Part shown: in pieces, positions 1-10,408 of the stretch
Position numbering within the stretch: position 1 is the stretch's first letter
Layout: each line of letters begins with the position of its first letter
Assembly (NCBI GenBank): GCA_028697435.1
Contig: JAQVFD010000001.1
Coordinates: 1-31,779, forward strand
Length of the DNA: 31,779 nt
From: Clostridiaceae bacterium
GTDB taxonomy: Bacteria > Bacillota > Clostridia > Lutisporales > Lutisporaceae
Direction: 5' to 3'
Made by a program: the position numbers and the translations under genes
Notes under the pieces: model-generated
The model's database searches: none
What the model was told of the DNA's origin: nothing
The model's input: the letters and a program-made list of their open reading frames with translations, nothing else

Positions 1-1
1 T

Positions 2-346
2 ATGTCCGGAATTGTCAGCTATAGCAATGGATCCAAAATAAACATCCTAAAGGTTAATGAAGGGACAATCAGGAAATATGGTGCGGTAAGCAGCCGAACT
101 GCAGAAGAAATGGCCTTAGGCGCAAAAGATCTTGCCGGTACGGATATTGGTCTCTCTATCACGGGCATAGCAGGACCTGAAGGGGGTACTGCCGAGAAAC
201 CTGTCGGACTTTGCTTCATAGGAATTGCAATTAAGGATTCCGTTAATGTTCATAAAATTATTCTGAACGGAAACAGGCAGAAAATAAAATGGGGATCAAG
301 CAGCAGGGCACTTGATTTACTTAGAAGAGAACTTCTTTCAAGGTAA
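2..346 (+). CDS. cinA: C-terminal part of competence/damage-inducible protein CinA (NMN deamidase-like domain); 5' end outside window
   Basis: Motifs VSYSN, GAVSSRTAEEMALGA, SITGIAGPEGGT, KPVGL; lies directly upstream of recA as in the conserved Firmicute cinA-recA arrangement. Confidence 0.92.
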   Translation: MSGIVSYSNGSKINILKVNEGTIRKYGAVSSRTAEEMALGAKDLAGTDIGLSITGIAGPEGGTAEKPVGLCFIGIAIKDSVNVHKIILNGNRQKIKWGSSSRALDLLRRELLSR

Positions 347-371
347 GAAATAGTAAAATTATGTAATTTTC

Positions 372-400
372 TTGACTAATAAATAGCAATATAATATAAT
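372..400 (+). promoter_or_regulatory. Sigma-A-type promoter of recA
   Basis: TTGACT (372-377), 17-bp spacer, TATAAT (395-400). Confidence 0.85.
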
Positions 401-409
401 AGTAACATA

Positions 410-423
410 AGAACATTTGTTCG
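410..423. promoter_or_regulatory. LexA/DinR SOS (Cheo) box
   Basis: aGAACatttGTTCg = GAAC-N4-GTTC, just downstream of the -10 of the recA promoter. Confidence 0.88.
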
Positions 424-456
424 TTATGCCTTTAAGGCATAAGTGATGAAAGGACG

Positions 457-1512
457 GTGCAGAAGTTAATGTGCGCAGAGATGACCGATAAAAAGAAAGC
501 CATAGAACTGGCTCTCAGCCAGGTAGAAAAGCAATTCGGAAAAGGCTCAATCATGAAGCTTGGCGATGCTACAAAAATGAATGTTGAATCTGTTTCCACA
601 GGCTCTATTGAACTTGATATAGCATTAGGAATAGGTGGAGTTCCAAAAGGAAGAATAGTTGAGATATATGGACCTGAATCTTCAGGAAAGACAACAGTTG
701 CGCTGCATATAATTGCAGAAGCACAGAAGAATGGCGGTGAAGCTGCATTTATTGATGCAGAGCATGCATTGGACCCATTATATGCTAAGAATCTTGGGGT
801 GGATATAGAGAATCTTATAGTATCGCAGCCGGATACAGGGGAGCAGGGACTTGAAATTGCCGAAACACTTGTTCGGAGTGGAGCAATTGACGTAGTTGTT
901 GTTGACTCTGTTGCTGCATTGGTTCCTAAGGCAGAAATTGACGGCGAAATGGGGGATTCTCATGTAGGTTTGCAGGCAAGGCTTATGTCCCAGGCACTTA
1001 GGAAACTTGCGGGAGCTATCAGTAAATCCAAGACTACTGTCATATTCATCAACCAGCTTAGGGAAAAGGTTGGTATCATGTTTGGCAATCCTGAAGTAAC
1101 ACCGGGTGGAAGGGCGCTCAAATTTTATGCTTCAGTAAGGCTTGAAGTCAGAAAGATTGAGAACATCAAGGTTGGTGCCGATACAACCGGAAGCAGGACA
1201 AGGGTCAAAGTTGTTAAGAATAAGGTTGCACCTCCCTTCAAGCAAGCAGAGTTTGACATAATGTATGGTCTAGGCATTTCCAAAGAAGGAAGTATTCTTG
1301 ATGCAGCAGTCAATAATGACCTGATAATGAAAAGCGGAGCATGGTTTTCTTATGGGGATACAAGGATAGGACAGGGCAGAGAAAATGCAAAGCAATACCT
1401 GAAAGATAACCCTGATATTACTAATGAAATAGATAAAAAACTTAGAGAAATGTTTGATTTAGGAACATCCAAAACAAAACCGTCGTCTTTTAATTCTGAA
1501 GATAATGATTAA
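457..1512 (+). CDS. recA: Recombinase RecA (start could be GTG 457, ATG 469 or ATG 481)
   Basis: [16 protein letters not shown] Walker [31 protein letters not shown]. Confidence 0.99.
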   Translation: MQKLMCAEMTDKKKAIELALSQVEKQFGKGSIMKLGDATKMNVESVSTGSIELDIALGIGGVPKGRIVEIYGPESSGKTTVALHIIAEAQKNGGEAAFIDAEHALDPLYAKNLGVDIENLIVSQPDTGEQGLEIAETLVRSGAIDVVVVDSVAALVPKAEIDGEMGDSHVGLQARLMSQALRKLAGAISKSKTTVIFINQLREKVGIMFGNPEVTPGGRALKFYASVRLEVRKIENIKVGADTTGSRTRVKVVKNKVAPPFKQAEFDIMYGLGISKEGSILDAAVNNDLIMKSGAWFSYGDTRIGQGRENAKQYLKDNPDITNEIDKKLREMFDLGTSKTKPSSFNSEDND

Positions 1513-1539
1513 TAATTGAAATATGAGGATATTGTTTTC

Positions 1540-2163
1540 ATGAGAATTACCGGGATTGAACAGCAAAAGAAGAATATCAAAAGGTACAATATATATATTG
1601 ACGGAGAATATCGATGTTCCGTTGATAGTGATATTCTTCAGGAACTTGGTTTGTCAGAAGAAATGGAACTAGACGAGACCGAATTTAATAAAACCATGGA
1701 AATAATTCAATATAAGGGCGCTCTGAGAGCTGCCCTTTATATACTTGCCCGGACACCAAAAACAGAATCAGATATTGAAAAGCGTCTAATTGAGAAACAA
1801 CATCCTTCGAAAGCCATACAACAAGTAATGGAATATTTAAAGGAAATTGGCTATATTAATGATGAAAGCTATGTCGAAAGTTATATCAGAAGTATTAAGG
1901 ATATAACAGGCACAAGCCGTCGAAGTATTTTACAAAAGTTAGTCAATAAAGGGGTAGACAAGGAAATCATTCAACAAAAGCTGGATGAAGCTGATATAGA
2001 TGACTATGAATCTGCGATAAAAGCCGCAAAGAAAAAGGTATCAAACCTAAAAGGCAGCCGTAAAGAAAAAAAATTAAAACTTCTTAGCTATCTATACAGA
2101 AAAGGCTTCGAAATTGATGCTTGCAAAAGAGCAGCAGAGACTCTTGACCTTGAAGGAGACTAA
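1540..2163 (+). CDS. recX: Regulatory protein RecX
   Basis: Follows recA; GYINDESYVESYI, LVNKGV, LYRKGF three-helix repeat motifs; ATG 1540 has a GAGGA SD (ORF track starts at TTG 1516). Confidence 0.9.
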   Translation: MRITGIEQQKKNIKRYNIYIDGEYRCSVDSDILQELGLSEEMELDETEFNKTMEIIQYKGALRAALYILARTPKTESDIEKRLIEKQHPSKAIQQVMEYLKEIGYINDESYVESYIRSIKDITGTSRRSILQKLVNKGVDKEIIQQKLDEADIDDYESAIKAAKKKVSNLKGSRKEKKLKLLSYLYRKGFEIDACKRAAETLDLEGD

Positions 2164-2215
2164 ATTCATGGAGTTTTTCATTATACCCTCAAATAGTTTG
2201 AATTGTCACAATAAC

Positions 2216-2244
2216 TTGACAAAATTTTGTATAAGTAATAAAAT
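2216..2244 (+). promoter_or_regulatory. Sigma-A-type promoter upstream of rny
   Basis: TTGACA (2216-2221), 17 bp, TAAAAT (2239-2244). Confidence 0.75.
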
Positions 2245-2373
2245 TATTCTGATATGGTGTATCAATTAAGAAGGCGTGTTCTTGTTATTATTTGTTAATT
2301 TTGTATATGATGATTATTAAGAAAAATAATGTAACCGATAGTCGATAAAATTAAATAATGAGGAGGTGAAAAT

Positions 2374-3906
2374 GTTATCGAATATATTATCTATATAGCA
2401 ATTGCACTAATTACCTTTATTGTAGGGTATTTGGTTAGAAGATATATTGCTGAATCAAAAATAAAAAATGCTGAAGAACAGGCAATAAAGATAGTTTGTG
2501 AAGCCGAAAAGCAATCAGAAACAAAAAAGAAAGAAGTTGTGCTTGAGGCGAAGGAAGAGATTCATAGGCTTAGAACTGAACTGGATAGAGAGACCCGTGA
2601 CAGAAGAAATGAAATCCAGAGAGCCGAAAGAAGATTGCTTCAAAGAGAAGAAAGCCTTGATAAAAAGGTTGAGAGTCTTGAACAAAGAGATGAAGCGATA
2701 ACAAAAAAACAAAAAGAAATACAGAAATCCCTGGAAGAAGTACAGGGTCTGTACAATAAGCAGTTAGAAGAGCTTGAAAGATTATCGGGGTTATCATCAG
2801 AAGATGCAAAACAGTTACTCTTAAACAATATAGAAAAGCAAATAAGGCATGAAGCTGCTATGCTGATCAAGGATATAGAGACCAAGGCTAAAGAAGAAGC
2901 AGAAAGAAAAGCCAAGGAGATCATAGCAAGTTCAATACAGAAGTGTTCTGCAGACCATGTTGCGGAAACTACAGTATCTGTAGTACCACTGCCGAATGAC
3001 GAGATGAAGGGAAGAATAATAGGACGCGAAGGCAGGAATATAAGAACATTAGAAACGCTTACAGGCATCGATTTGATAATCGATGATACACCAGAAGCCG
3101 TAATATTATCCGGTTTTGATCCAATAAGAAGGGAAGTTGCAAGGGTTGCTCTCGAAAAACTAATCGTTGATGGACGAATACATCCTGCCAGAATCGAGGA
3201 AATGGTTGAAAAGGCTAAGAAAGAGGTAGACAACTATATTAAGGAACAAGGTGAACAGGCTACCTTTGATACCGGAGTCCATGGATTGCATCCTGAGATT
3301 ATTAGACTTTTGGGAAGGTTGAGATTTAGAACCAGTTACGGACAAAATGTACTGAAACATTCCGTAGAAGTAGCACACCTTGCGGCAGCAATGGCTGCAG
3401 AGCTTGGTGCCGATGTGAAACTGGCAAAAAGGGCAGGTTTGCTGCATGACATAGGAAAAGCTGTTGATCATGAGGTAGAAGGTCCTCACGTTCAGATTGG
3501 TGCTGACCTTGTAAAGAAATATAAGGAATCCACCGAAATAATCCATGCTGTGGAAGCGCATCATGGAGATATTGAAGCTACAACTGTAGAAGCCGTTCTT
3601 GTTCAAGCAGCTGATGCTATATCTGCTGCAAGACCCGGAGCTAGAAGAGAAACCTTAGAATCATACATTAAACGTTTGGAAAAAATAGAAGAAATAGCTA
3701 ATTCATTTGATGGAGTTGAAAAATCTTTTGCTATTCAAGCCGGCAGGGAAGTCAGAATCATGGTTAAGCCGGAAGATGTAAGTGACAGTGAAATAGTATA
3801 TATCGCCAGAGATATAGTAAAAAAGATCGAGGACGAACTGGAATACCCCGGTCAAATAAAAGTAAATGTTATCAGAGAAACCAGGGCAATTGAATATGCA
3901 AAATAG
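2374..3906 (+). CDS. rny: Ribonuclease Y; the reading frame including the N-terminal membrane anchor is open from 2362, start codon unresolved (see findings)
   Basis: Coiled coil, KH motif [14 protein letters not shown] motif [21 protein letters not shown]-terminal IQAGREVR; in-frame hydrophobic segment [21 protein letters not shown] upstream of the ORF-track start at 2431. Confidence 0.95.
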   Translation, partial: VIEYIIYIAIALITFIVGYLVRRYIAESKIKNAEEQAIKIVCEAEKQSETKKKEVVLEAKEEIHRLRTELDRETRDRRNEIQRAERRLLQREESLDKKVESLEQRDEAITKKQKEIQKSLEEVQGLYNKQLEELERLSGLSSEDAKQLLLNNIEKQIRHEAAMLIKDIETKAKEEAERKAKEIIASSIQKCSADHVAETTVSVVPLPNDEMKGRIIGREGRNIRTLETLTGIDLIIDDTPEAVILSGFDPIRREVARVALEKLIVDGRIHPARIEEMVEKAKKEVDNYIKEQGEQATFDTGVHGLHPEIIRLLGRLRFRTSYGQNVLKHSVEVAHLAAAMAAELGADVKLAKRAGLLHDIGKAVDHEVEGPHVQIGADLVKKYKESTEIIHAVEAHHGDIEATTVEAVLVQAADAISAARPGARRETLESYIKRLEKIEEIANSFDGVEKSFAIQAGREVRIMVKPEDVSDSEIVYIARDIVKKIEDELEYPGQIKVNVIRETRAIEYAK

Positions 3907-3913
3907 AAAATGT

Positions 3914-3951
3914 GCGGCGATACATGCAAAATGCATGAAGCCGCCTTTTTT
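3914..3951 (+). terminator. Terminator-like hairpin between rny and ymdB
   Basis: GCGGC-gata-CATGCA-aaa-TGCATG-aa-GCCGC followed by a T run. Confidence 0.5.
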
Positions 3952-3971
3952 AATAATATGGAGGTATACAG

Positions 3972-4733
3972 ATGAACATACTTTTTATAGGTGATGTAAT
4001 CGGCAGGCCCGGCAGAAATTACCTAAGCAAGAATCTTAGCAGGCTTGTTGCAGAGAATAGTATTGATTTTACTATAATAAACGGAGAGAATTCTGCCGGA
4101 GGAGTCGGCATAACAAAGAGTACATATGATGAGCTGCTTAGTATGGGAGCAGATGTAATAACTCTCGGCAATCATTCCTGGGCGAAAAAAGAAGTATTAG
4201 AATTTATTGAAGATGCAGAAAGACTTATCAGACCCGCAAACTATCCTGAAGGCACCCCGGGAAAAGGATTCAGGATAATGGAAAGGACAGGAAAAAGGAT
4301 TGCCGTAGTAAATCTCTGCGGTAGAGTATATATGGATTGTATAGATTGTCCATTCCAAACTATTGATAAAATACTAATTGAGTTGAAGGATAAGGCAGAT
4401 ATCATAATAGTGGACTTTCATGGGGAAGCAACTTCAGAAAAGCTTGCAATGGGCTGGTATCTTGACAGTAAGGTTCATGCAGTAATAGGTACACATACCC
4501 ACGTTCAAACCTCTGACGAAAGGGTGTTGCCCGGTGGGACTGCATATATTACTGATGCAGGAATGACCGGTCCTTTGGATTCAATATTAGGTGTGGAAAA
4601 GGATCTGATCATAAAGAAGTTTATAACCGGTATGCCTGCAAAATTTGAAATTGCCGACGGCGAAGTAATTCTTGGGGCAGTAATTGTCCAGGTTGATAAT
4701 AATAATATAGTTAAAGGTATTAAAAGAATATAA
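3972..4733 (+). CDS. ymdB: YmdB/TIGR00282-family metallophosphoesterase (2',3'-cyclic nucleotide phosphodiesterase)
   Basis: LFIGDVIGRPG, NGENSAGG, TLGNH, VDFHGEATSEK, GTHTHVQT, TDAGMTGP; conserved rny-ymdB-spoVS order. Confidence 0.95.
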   Translation: MNILFIGDVIGRPGRNYLSKNLSRLVAENSIDFTIINGENSAGGVGITKSTYDELLSMGADVITLGNHSWAKKEVLEFIEDAERLIRPANYPEGTPGKGFRIMERTGKRIAVVNLCGRVYMDCIDCPFQTIDKILIELKDKADIIIVDFHGEATSEKLAMGWYLDSKVHAVIGTHTHVQTSDERVLPGGTAYITDAGMTGPLDSILGVEKDLIIKKFITGMPAKFEIADGEVILGAVIVQVDNNNIVKGIKRI

Positions 4734-4763
4734 TAATAACAAGGAAAAAAGCAGAAGTGATAG

Positions 4764-4793
4764 GGGGACAGGGACGAGGTATGAACTGTCCCC
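4764..4793. repeat. GC-rich inverted repeat in AT-rich intergenic DNA
   Basis: GGGGACAG (4764-4771), 14-nt loop, CTGTCCCC (4786-4793). Confidence 0.6.
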
Positions 4794-4826
4794 TTATTCC
4801 TTGAAAATTCTTAATTGTAGAATAAA

Positions 4827-4855
4827 AGAGGATTTTGCATATATTTGTAGAATAA
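4827..4855 (+). promoter_or_regulatory. Sigma-H-type promoter of spoVS
   Basis: AGAGGATTT-N11-GTAGAATAA matches RNAGGAWWW-N11/12-RNNGAATWW; spoVS is sigma-H dependent in B. subtilis. Confidence 0.75.
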
Positions 4856-4912
4856 TGTATTTAATTATACTTAGTAGTTTTTGGAATAGTATGATTGATA
4901 GGGGGGCTTAAA

Positions 4913-5173
4913 ATGGACGTATTAAAGGTTTCAGCAAAATCAAACCCAAATTCTGTTGCAGGAGCTTTGGCGGGAGTGTTGAGAGAAAAAGGATCCGCAG
5001 AAATTCAGACCATAGGGGCAGGAGCGCTGAATCAGGCAGTTAAAGCAGTTGCAATTGCCAGAGGATTTGTAGCTCCTGGAGGAATTGATTTGATATGCAT
5101 ACCTGCCTTCACCGATATACAAATAGATGGTGAAGAGAGAACGGCCTTAAAACTGATCATAGAACCCAGATAA
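4913..5173 (+). CDS. spoVS: Stage V sporulation protein S
   Basis: MDVLKVSAKSNPNSVAGALAG...GAGALNQAVKAVAIARGF; ATG 4913 behind a GGGGG SD. Confidence 0.97.
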   Translation: MDVLKVSAKSNPNSVAGALAGVLREKGSAEIQTIGAGALNQAVKAVAIARGFVAPGGIDLICIPAFTDIQIDGEERTALKLIIEPR

Positions 5174-5200
5174 AAAGCGTTCACGTTGAACGCTTTTTTT
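5172..5200 (+). terminator. Rho-independent terminator (possibly bidirectional)
   Basis: AAAAAGCGTTCA-cgt-TGAACGCTTTTT plus T run. Confidence 0.9.
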
Positions 5201-5226
5201 AATATATCAGAATTGGTAAAATTTCT

Positions 5227-5255
5227 TTGTGTGTTGTTTTGCATAATGATATAAT
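5227..5255 (+). promoter_or_regulatory. Candidate distal sigma-A promoter of the PHP-aminotransferase-purB-asnS unit
   Basis: TTGTGT-17-TATAAT with extended -10 TG (TGATATAAT 5247-5255). Confidence 0.5.
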
Positions 5256-5326
5256 AATTTCAGTTCCTGAAATTATTATAGAATAAATGCCGTGCGATTT
5301 TTTGCTCCGCAAAACGCACATAGCAG

Positions 5327-5359
5327 ATATCATAAAATCTTGGGATTTTATGATATAAT
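5327..5359 (+). promoter_or_regulatory. Perfect 13-bp inverted repeat overlapping a second extended -10 promoter
   Basis: ATATCATAAAATC-ttgg-GATTTTATGATAT (5327-5356); TGATATAAT at 5351-5359. Confidence 0.55.
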
Positions 5360-5401
5360 GATTCTATATGCATATTATATATAATGCACAGGAGGTTTAA
5401 T

Positions 5402-6259
5402 ATGCTCAAGGCTGACTTACATATTCATACTACAGCTTCTGACGGACTTATGAGTCCTGAAGAAGTAGTGCGATGGGCAAGTGTAAAAAGGCTGACTGCA
5501 ATAGGAATAACTGATCATGACACTGTAAAAGGTATCAGCCCTGCTGAAAAGGCTGCCTCTAAATACGCAATAGAAGTAATACCCGGAATAGAACTTAGTA
5601 CGACATTTGAAAATGAAGAAATACATATATTGGGGTATTATATAGATTACAAAGCACGGTGGTTCATAGATACTCTCAAAAAACTTCAGAAATCAAGATA
5701 TGAGAGAGCAGGGAAAATGGTAGGCAAACTTAATGACATGGGAATCGATATTACTCTTGACAAAGTTAAAGAAATAGCTGATGATGGAGCAATGGGAAGA
5801 CCTCATATTGCAAGAGCTATGATTGACAGCGGATACATAAGCAATATTAAAGAAGCATTCACGGAGTACATTGGCAAGGACCGTCCTGCCTACGTAGAGA
5901 GGTACAAACTATCCACGGGAGAAGCCATAGATATGATAAAAAAATTAGGAGGAGTATCTGTTCTTGCTCACCCCGGACTGTTACAAAACAAATCAGACTT
6001 AGGAAAAATAATTGCCCTTGGGATTAACGGAATCGAAGTTTACCATTCTAAACATGACGAAGATACTGTTAAAAGTATACTGGCTGTTGCACGCTCAAGA
6101 AATTTACTGATTACCGGAGGCTCCGACTGCCATGGTATGAAGATTAATAATGAACCGATATTGGGGAATTGTTCAATAGATTATAAATATGTTAAAATGC
6201 TCAAGAATGCAGCAGATAGCGAAATGAGGAGGAGAAAAAATGAAAATCGAACTGTCTAA
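5402..6259 (+). CDS. PHP-domain phosphoesterase (TrpH/YciV-like)
   Basis: DLHIHTTASDG, ITDHDT, PGIELS, HILGY, GRPHIARA, VLAHPG, ITGGSDCHG; ATG 5402 behind AGGAGG. Confidence 0.9.
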   Translation: MLKADLHIHTTASDGLMSPEEVVRWASVKRLTAIGITDHDTVKGISPAEKAASKYAIEVIPGIELSTTFENEEIHILGYYIDYKARWFIDTLKKLQKSRYERAGKMVGKLNDMGIDITLDKVKEIADDGAMGRPHIARAMIDSGYISNIKEAFTEYIGKDRPAYVERYKLSTGEAIDMIKKLGGVSVLAHPGLLQNKSDLGKIIALGINGIEVYHSKHDEDTVKSILAVARSRNLLITGGSDCHGMKINNEPILGNCSIDYKYVKMLKNAADSEMRRRKNENRTV

Positions 6260-7442
6260 TAAAAGTGCAAACATTGCGACTTCAATGACGCTGGCAATTG
6301 ATACCAAGCTTAAGCAGATGGTTGCGGGAGGAGAAACAGTATACGGCTTTGGTATAGGCGAACCGGATTTTGACACTCCTGAATACATAAGGATTGCAGC
6401 CATCGAAGCAATGAACAAAGGACTTACAAGATATACTCCGGCACAAGGAACTATGGAACTCAGAAAAGCAATATGCTCGAAATTAAAAAGAGAGAATAAC
6501 TTAGAATATGAACCAAATCAAATTATAGCTTCAAGCGGTGCAAAACACTCTCTCTCAAATGCTTTTGCAGCAATACTTAATCCCGGAGATGAGGTAATTG
6601 TGCCAAATCCATACTGGGTGAGCTATACAGAGATTATAAAGCTGAATGATGGTGTTCCTGTAATTGTAGAAACGAAAAAAGAAAACAACTTCAAAATGAC
6701 CGGGGATGAATTGAATAATGCAATAACTTCAAGAACAAAAGCAATACTTATAAATTCTCCAAGTAATCCTACAGGTTCAGTGTATACAGAAGGAGAATTA
6801 AGGGATATTGCAGAGATTGCGGTTAAAAATAACTTATTCGTTGTATCAGATGAGATATACGAGAGAATTATATATGATAATAATAAACATATCAGCATAG
6901 CTTCCTTTGGTAGTGAAATAAAAGATCTTACAATAATTATAAATGGGATGTCAAAGTCATACGCTATGACAGGCTGGAGACTTGGATATGCTGCCGGAAA
7001 TGAGAAATTGATAAAAGCAATGTCAAGTATTCAGAGCCATGCAGTATCTCATCCCAGTTCCATAACCCAATATGCTTCAGCAGCAGCTCTAAACGGACCT
7101 CAGGATGATCTGAAAAACATGGTTCAAGAATTTAATAAAAGAAGAAACTATATGTACGATAGGATAAATGCTATGGAAGGCCTTAGCTGTATAAAACCCG
7201 ATGGCGCCTTCTATGTGTATGTTGATATCAGTACTTATATTGGCAGAAAGCTATGTGGGATCAAACTCAATTCTTCTTTGGAATTTGCTCAGATTGTTCT
7301 TGAAAAAGGTAAAGTTGCGGTAGTACCTGGAACCGCATTCGGAACTGACAATTATATAAGGCTTTCTTATGCGACATCTATGGAAACAATAAAGAATGGT
7401 CTTGATCAATTCGAAAGCTTCATAAACAATAACATTGAATAG
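6240..7442 (+). CDS. Class I/II PLP-dependent aminotransferase (aspartate aminotransferase-like)
   Basis: GIGEPDFDTP, INSPSNPTG, SDEIYE, SKSYAMTGWRLGY with the PLP lysine. Confidence 0.92.
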   Translation: MKIELSNKSANIATSMTLAIDTKLKQMVAGGETVYGFGIGEPDFDTPEYIRIAAIEAMNKGLTRYTPAQGTMELRKAICSKLKRENNLEYEPNQIIASSGAKHSLSNAFAAILNPGDEVIVPNPYWVSYTEIIKLNDGVPVIVETKKENNFKMTGDELNNAITSRTKAILINSPSNPTGSVYTEGELRDIAEIAVKNNLFVVSDEIYERIIYDNNKHISIASFGSEIKDLTIIINGMSKSYAMTGWRLGYAAGNEKLIKAMSSIQSHAVSHPSSITQYASAAALNGPQDDLKNMVQEFNKRRNYMYDRINAMEGLSCIKPDGAFYVYVDISTYIGRKLCGIKLNSSLEFAQIVLEKGKVAVVPGTAFGTDNYIRLSYATSMETIKNGLDQFESFINNNIE

Positions 7443-7456
7443 GGTGGTATTTTACA

Positions 7457-8890
7457 GTGAATAGGAAGGAATACCAAAACCCCTTGATTAGCAGGTATGC
7501 AAGTAAAGAGATGTCCTTTATCTTTTCCGAGGATTACAAGTTTTCTACCTGGAGAAAGCTGTGGGTTGCCCTTGCCGAAAGCGAAATGGAGCTTGGGCTG
7601 GATATCACCAAAGAACAGGTAGAAGAACTGAAAGAACACATATATGATATTAACTATGAGGATGCTGAGAAAAGAGAAAAGGAGACTCGGCATGATGTAA
7701 TGTCTCATATATATGCTTATGGTTTGCAATGCCCTAAGGCAAAACCCATAATACATCTTGGAGCTACCAGTGCATATGTAGGTGATAATACAGATATAAT
7801 ACAGATGTCCGCAAGTCTTAAGCTTATAAGGATCAAGCTTCTCAATGTTATAAGAAACCTTGCAATTTTTGCGGAAAAATATAAGCAGATGCCTACATTA
7901 GGCTTTACACATTTTCAGCCCGCACAACTGACCACTGTCGGAAAGAGAAGCTGCTTGTGGATACTTGATTTTCTAATGGATTTAGAGGAACTTGACTTCG
8001 AGCTGGGCAGGCTCAGGCTGAGGGGGGTCAAGGGGACTACCGGTACTCAAGCAAGCTTTATGTCGCTTTTTAACGGAGATAATGAAAAAGTAAAGGAATT
8101 GGATGCCAGAGTCACAAAAAAAATGGGATTTGAGCGCAGCTTTCCTGTGACAGGCCAAACATACTCAAGGAAACTTGACAGCATGATTTTGAATGTACTG
8201 ACACAAATAGCAGAATCAGCTCATAAATTCAGTAATGATATACGCCTTCTTCAAAGCCTGAAGGAGGTTGAGGAACCTTTTGAAAAGAACCAGATAGGCT
8301 CATCGGCAATGGCATACAAGAGAAATCCTATGAGATGTGAAAGGATTGCAGCTTTGTCAAGGTTTGTTATTGCAAATTCAATAAATCCTGCAATAACTGC
8401 AGCTTCTCAATGGTTTGAAAGAACTCTTGATGACTCTGCCAATAAGAGGCTGGCAATTCCACATGGCTTCCTGGCAGTTGACAGCATACTGAATATACTT
8501 ATAAACGTGACTGATGGTCTTGTAGTAAATGAGATGATGATAAAACGACACATTGATGAGGAGCTCCCATTTATGGCAACAGAAAATATTTTGATGGAAG
8601 CAGTGAAAGCGGGAGGAGACAGGCAGGAACTCCATGAAAAAATAAGGCAGTTTTCTATTGAGGCAGGAAGAAGAGTTAAAGAGCAAGGCTTGGAAAACAA
8701 TCTGATAAATCTCATAGAAGGGGATTCAAGCTTTAAGTTGGGCAAGAACAGAATACAGGAACTGCTGAGCATCGAAAACTTTATAGGAAGATCACAGGAG
8801 CAGGTTGTTGAATTCCTGTCGGAACACGTATATCCGCTTCTGAATAAAAACAATGAAGATTTAGATATAATAGTGGACTTAAAAGTATAA
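7457..8890 (+). CDS. purB: Adenylosuccinate lyase
   Basis: [38 protein letters not shown] signature. Confidence 0.96.
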   Translation: MNRKEYQNPLISRYASKEMSFIFSEDYKFSTWRKLWVALAESEMELGLDITKEQVEELKEHIYDINYEDAEKREKETRHDVMSHIYAYGLQCPKAKPIIHLGATSAYVGDNTDIIQMSASLKLIRIKLLNVIRNLAIFAEKYKQMPTLGFTHFQPAQLTTVGKRSCLWILDFLMDLEELDFELGRLRLRGVKGTTGTQASFMSLFNGDNEKVKELDARVTKKMGFERSFPVTGQTYSRKLDSMILNVLTQIAESAHKFSNDIRLLQSLKEVEEPFEKNQIGSSAMAYKRNPMRCERIAALSRFVIANSINPAITAASQWFERTLDDSANKRLAIPHGFLAVDSILNILINVTDGLVVNEMMIKRHIDEELPFMATENILMEAVKAGGDRQELHEKIRQFSIEAGRRVKEQGLENNLINLIEGDSSFKLGKNRIQELLSIENFIGRSQEQVVEFLSEHVYPLLNKNNEDLDIIVDLKV

Positions 8891-8919
8891 AACATAATCA
8901 CACTTTAGGAGGAGAGCAT

Positions 8920-10311
8920 ATGAGCAGCGTAATGATAAAACAGCTTTACAGGATTACGGGAGAATACATTAATAAAAGCATTAAGGTATCAGGGTGGGTG
9001 AAAACCGAAAGAACTTCGAAAAATTTCGGTTTTATAGAATTAAACGATGGAAGCTTTTTCAAGAATCTTCAGATAGTATTTGAAGAAAGTCTTGAAAACT
9101 TTGATGATATAACCAAGCTTTCGGTAGGTTCTGCCATAAGTGTAGAAGGATTGCTTATAGAGTCTCCCGGGGCGAAGCAGCCCTTTGAGCTTAAAGCCGA
9201 TAGAATTATTATAGAAGGCAAATCAACAGCTGATTATCCGCTTCAGAAAAAGAGTCATTCTTTTGAATTCTTAAGAACAATAGCCCATCTGAGGCCCAGG
9301 ACAAATACCTTTTCGGCGGTATTCAGAATAAGATCCATTGTAGCATACGCAATTCACAGTTTTTTTCAAGAAAAGGGCTTTGTATATGTTCATGCTCCTA
9401 TAATAACCGGTAGCGATGCAGAAGGCGCAGGAGAGATGTTCAGGGTTACTACATTGGATATTGATAATCCTCCCAGGACAGAAGAGGGGAAAATTGACTT
9501 CTCAAAGGATTTCTTCAGTAAGTCGGCAAACCTTACTGTAAGTGGTCAGCTAAATGTCGAAACTTTTTGCATGGCCTTCAGGAATGTATATACTTTTGGT
9601 CCTACATTCAGAGCAGAGAACTCAAATACAGCAAGACATGCTGCAGAATTTTGGATGATAGAACCGGAAATAGCATTTGCAGAGCTTTCGGACAATATGG
9701 AACTGGCAGAAGATATGGTAAAGTATATAATCAATTATGTTTTGGAAAATGCTCCGGAGGAAATGGAATTTTTCAATAGATTTATAGATAATACTCTTCT
9801 CGAAAGACTTAATAACATTGTAAACTCTGATTTTGGAGTAATTACTTATACCGAAGCTGTGGATATATTAATAAAATCGAATGTTAAATTTGAATATCCC
9901 GTTGAATGGGGAATTGACCTGCAGACAGAGCATGAAAGATATATTACCGAACAGGTCTTTAACAAACCGGTATTTGTAATCAACTATCCAAAGGAAATAA
10001 AGGCCTTCTATATGAGAATGAACGAAGATGGAAAAACAGTAGCAGCAATGGATCTTTTAGTTCCCGGAGTCGGTGAAATAATCGGAGGCAGCCAGAGGGA
10101 AGAAAGACTGGATGTTCTTGAGAAAAAGATGGATGAAATGAAACTTAATAAAGAAGATTACTGGTGGTATCTTGACATAAGAAAATACGGCACAGTCAAG
10201 CATGCCGGATATGGTTTGGGTTTTGAAAGAATGATAATGTATGTAACCGGGATGAGCAATATAAGAGATGTTGTACCCTTCCCCAGAACTGTGAAGTCCG
10301 CTGAGTTTTAG
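8920..10311 (+). CDS. asnS: Asparagine--tRNA ligase
   Basis: [53 protein letters not shown]. Confidence 0.97.
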   Translation: MSSVMIKQLYRITGEYINKSIKVSGWVKTERTSKNFGFIELNDGSFFKNLQIVFEESLENFDDITKLSVGSAISVEGLLIESPGAKQPFELKADRIIIEGKSTADYPLQKKSHSFEFLRTIAHLRPRTNTFSAVFRIRSIVAYAIHSFFQEKGFVYVHAPIITGSDAEGAGEMFRVTTLDIDNPPRTEEGKIDFSKDFFSKSANLTVSGQLNVETFCMAFRNVYTFGPTFRAENSNTARHAAEFWMIEPEIAFAELSDNMELAEDMVKYIINYVLENAPEEMEFFNRFIDNTLLERLNNIVNSDFGVITYTEAVDILIKSNVKFEYPVEWGIDLQTEHERYITEQVFNKPVFVINYPKEIKAFYMRMNEDGKTVAAMDLLVPGVGEIIGGSQREERLDVLEKKMDEMKLNKEDYWWYLDIRKYGTVKHAGYGLGFERMIMYVTGMSNIRDVVPFPRTVKSAEF

Positions 10312-10332
10312 CCTCTTGTATACTTCAAGGTA

Positions 10333-10359
10333 ACTAAATGAGACAACAACTCATACAAT
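10333..10359 (+). promoter_or_regulatory. Candidate mother-cell (sigma-E/sigma-K type) promoter
   Basis: CATACAAT at 10352-10359 matches the sigma-E -10 consensus; AC 17 bp upstream is sigma-K-like; -35 otherwise weak. Confidence 0.4.
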
Positions 10360-10408
10360 GGAAGTATAGGTTGTTAGTAATTTATTAATCTTGAAGGGAG
10401 GCTAAATA

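Noticed and set aside
2-4. ATG at position 2 as the true start of a stand-alone 114-aa gene
   Set aside because: The sequence begins mid-domain of CinA; this is an internal Met at the window edge.
2203-2222. TTGTCA-N8-TGACAA inverted repeat over the rny -35
   Set aside because: One arm is the -35 hexamer itself and a 6-bp match is likely by chance in AT-rich DNA.
5256-5401. Known riboswitch (purine, ZTP) ahead of the purB-containing unit
   Set aside because: I could not match the conserved cores by eye; only generic hairpins are present.
8891-8919. T-box leader for asnS
   Set aside because: Only 29 bp separate purB and asnS and no T-box consensus is visible there or at 5200-5400.
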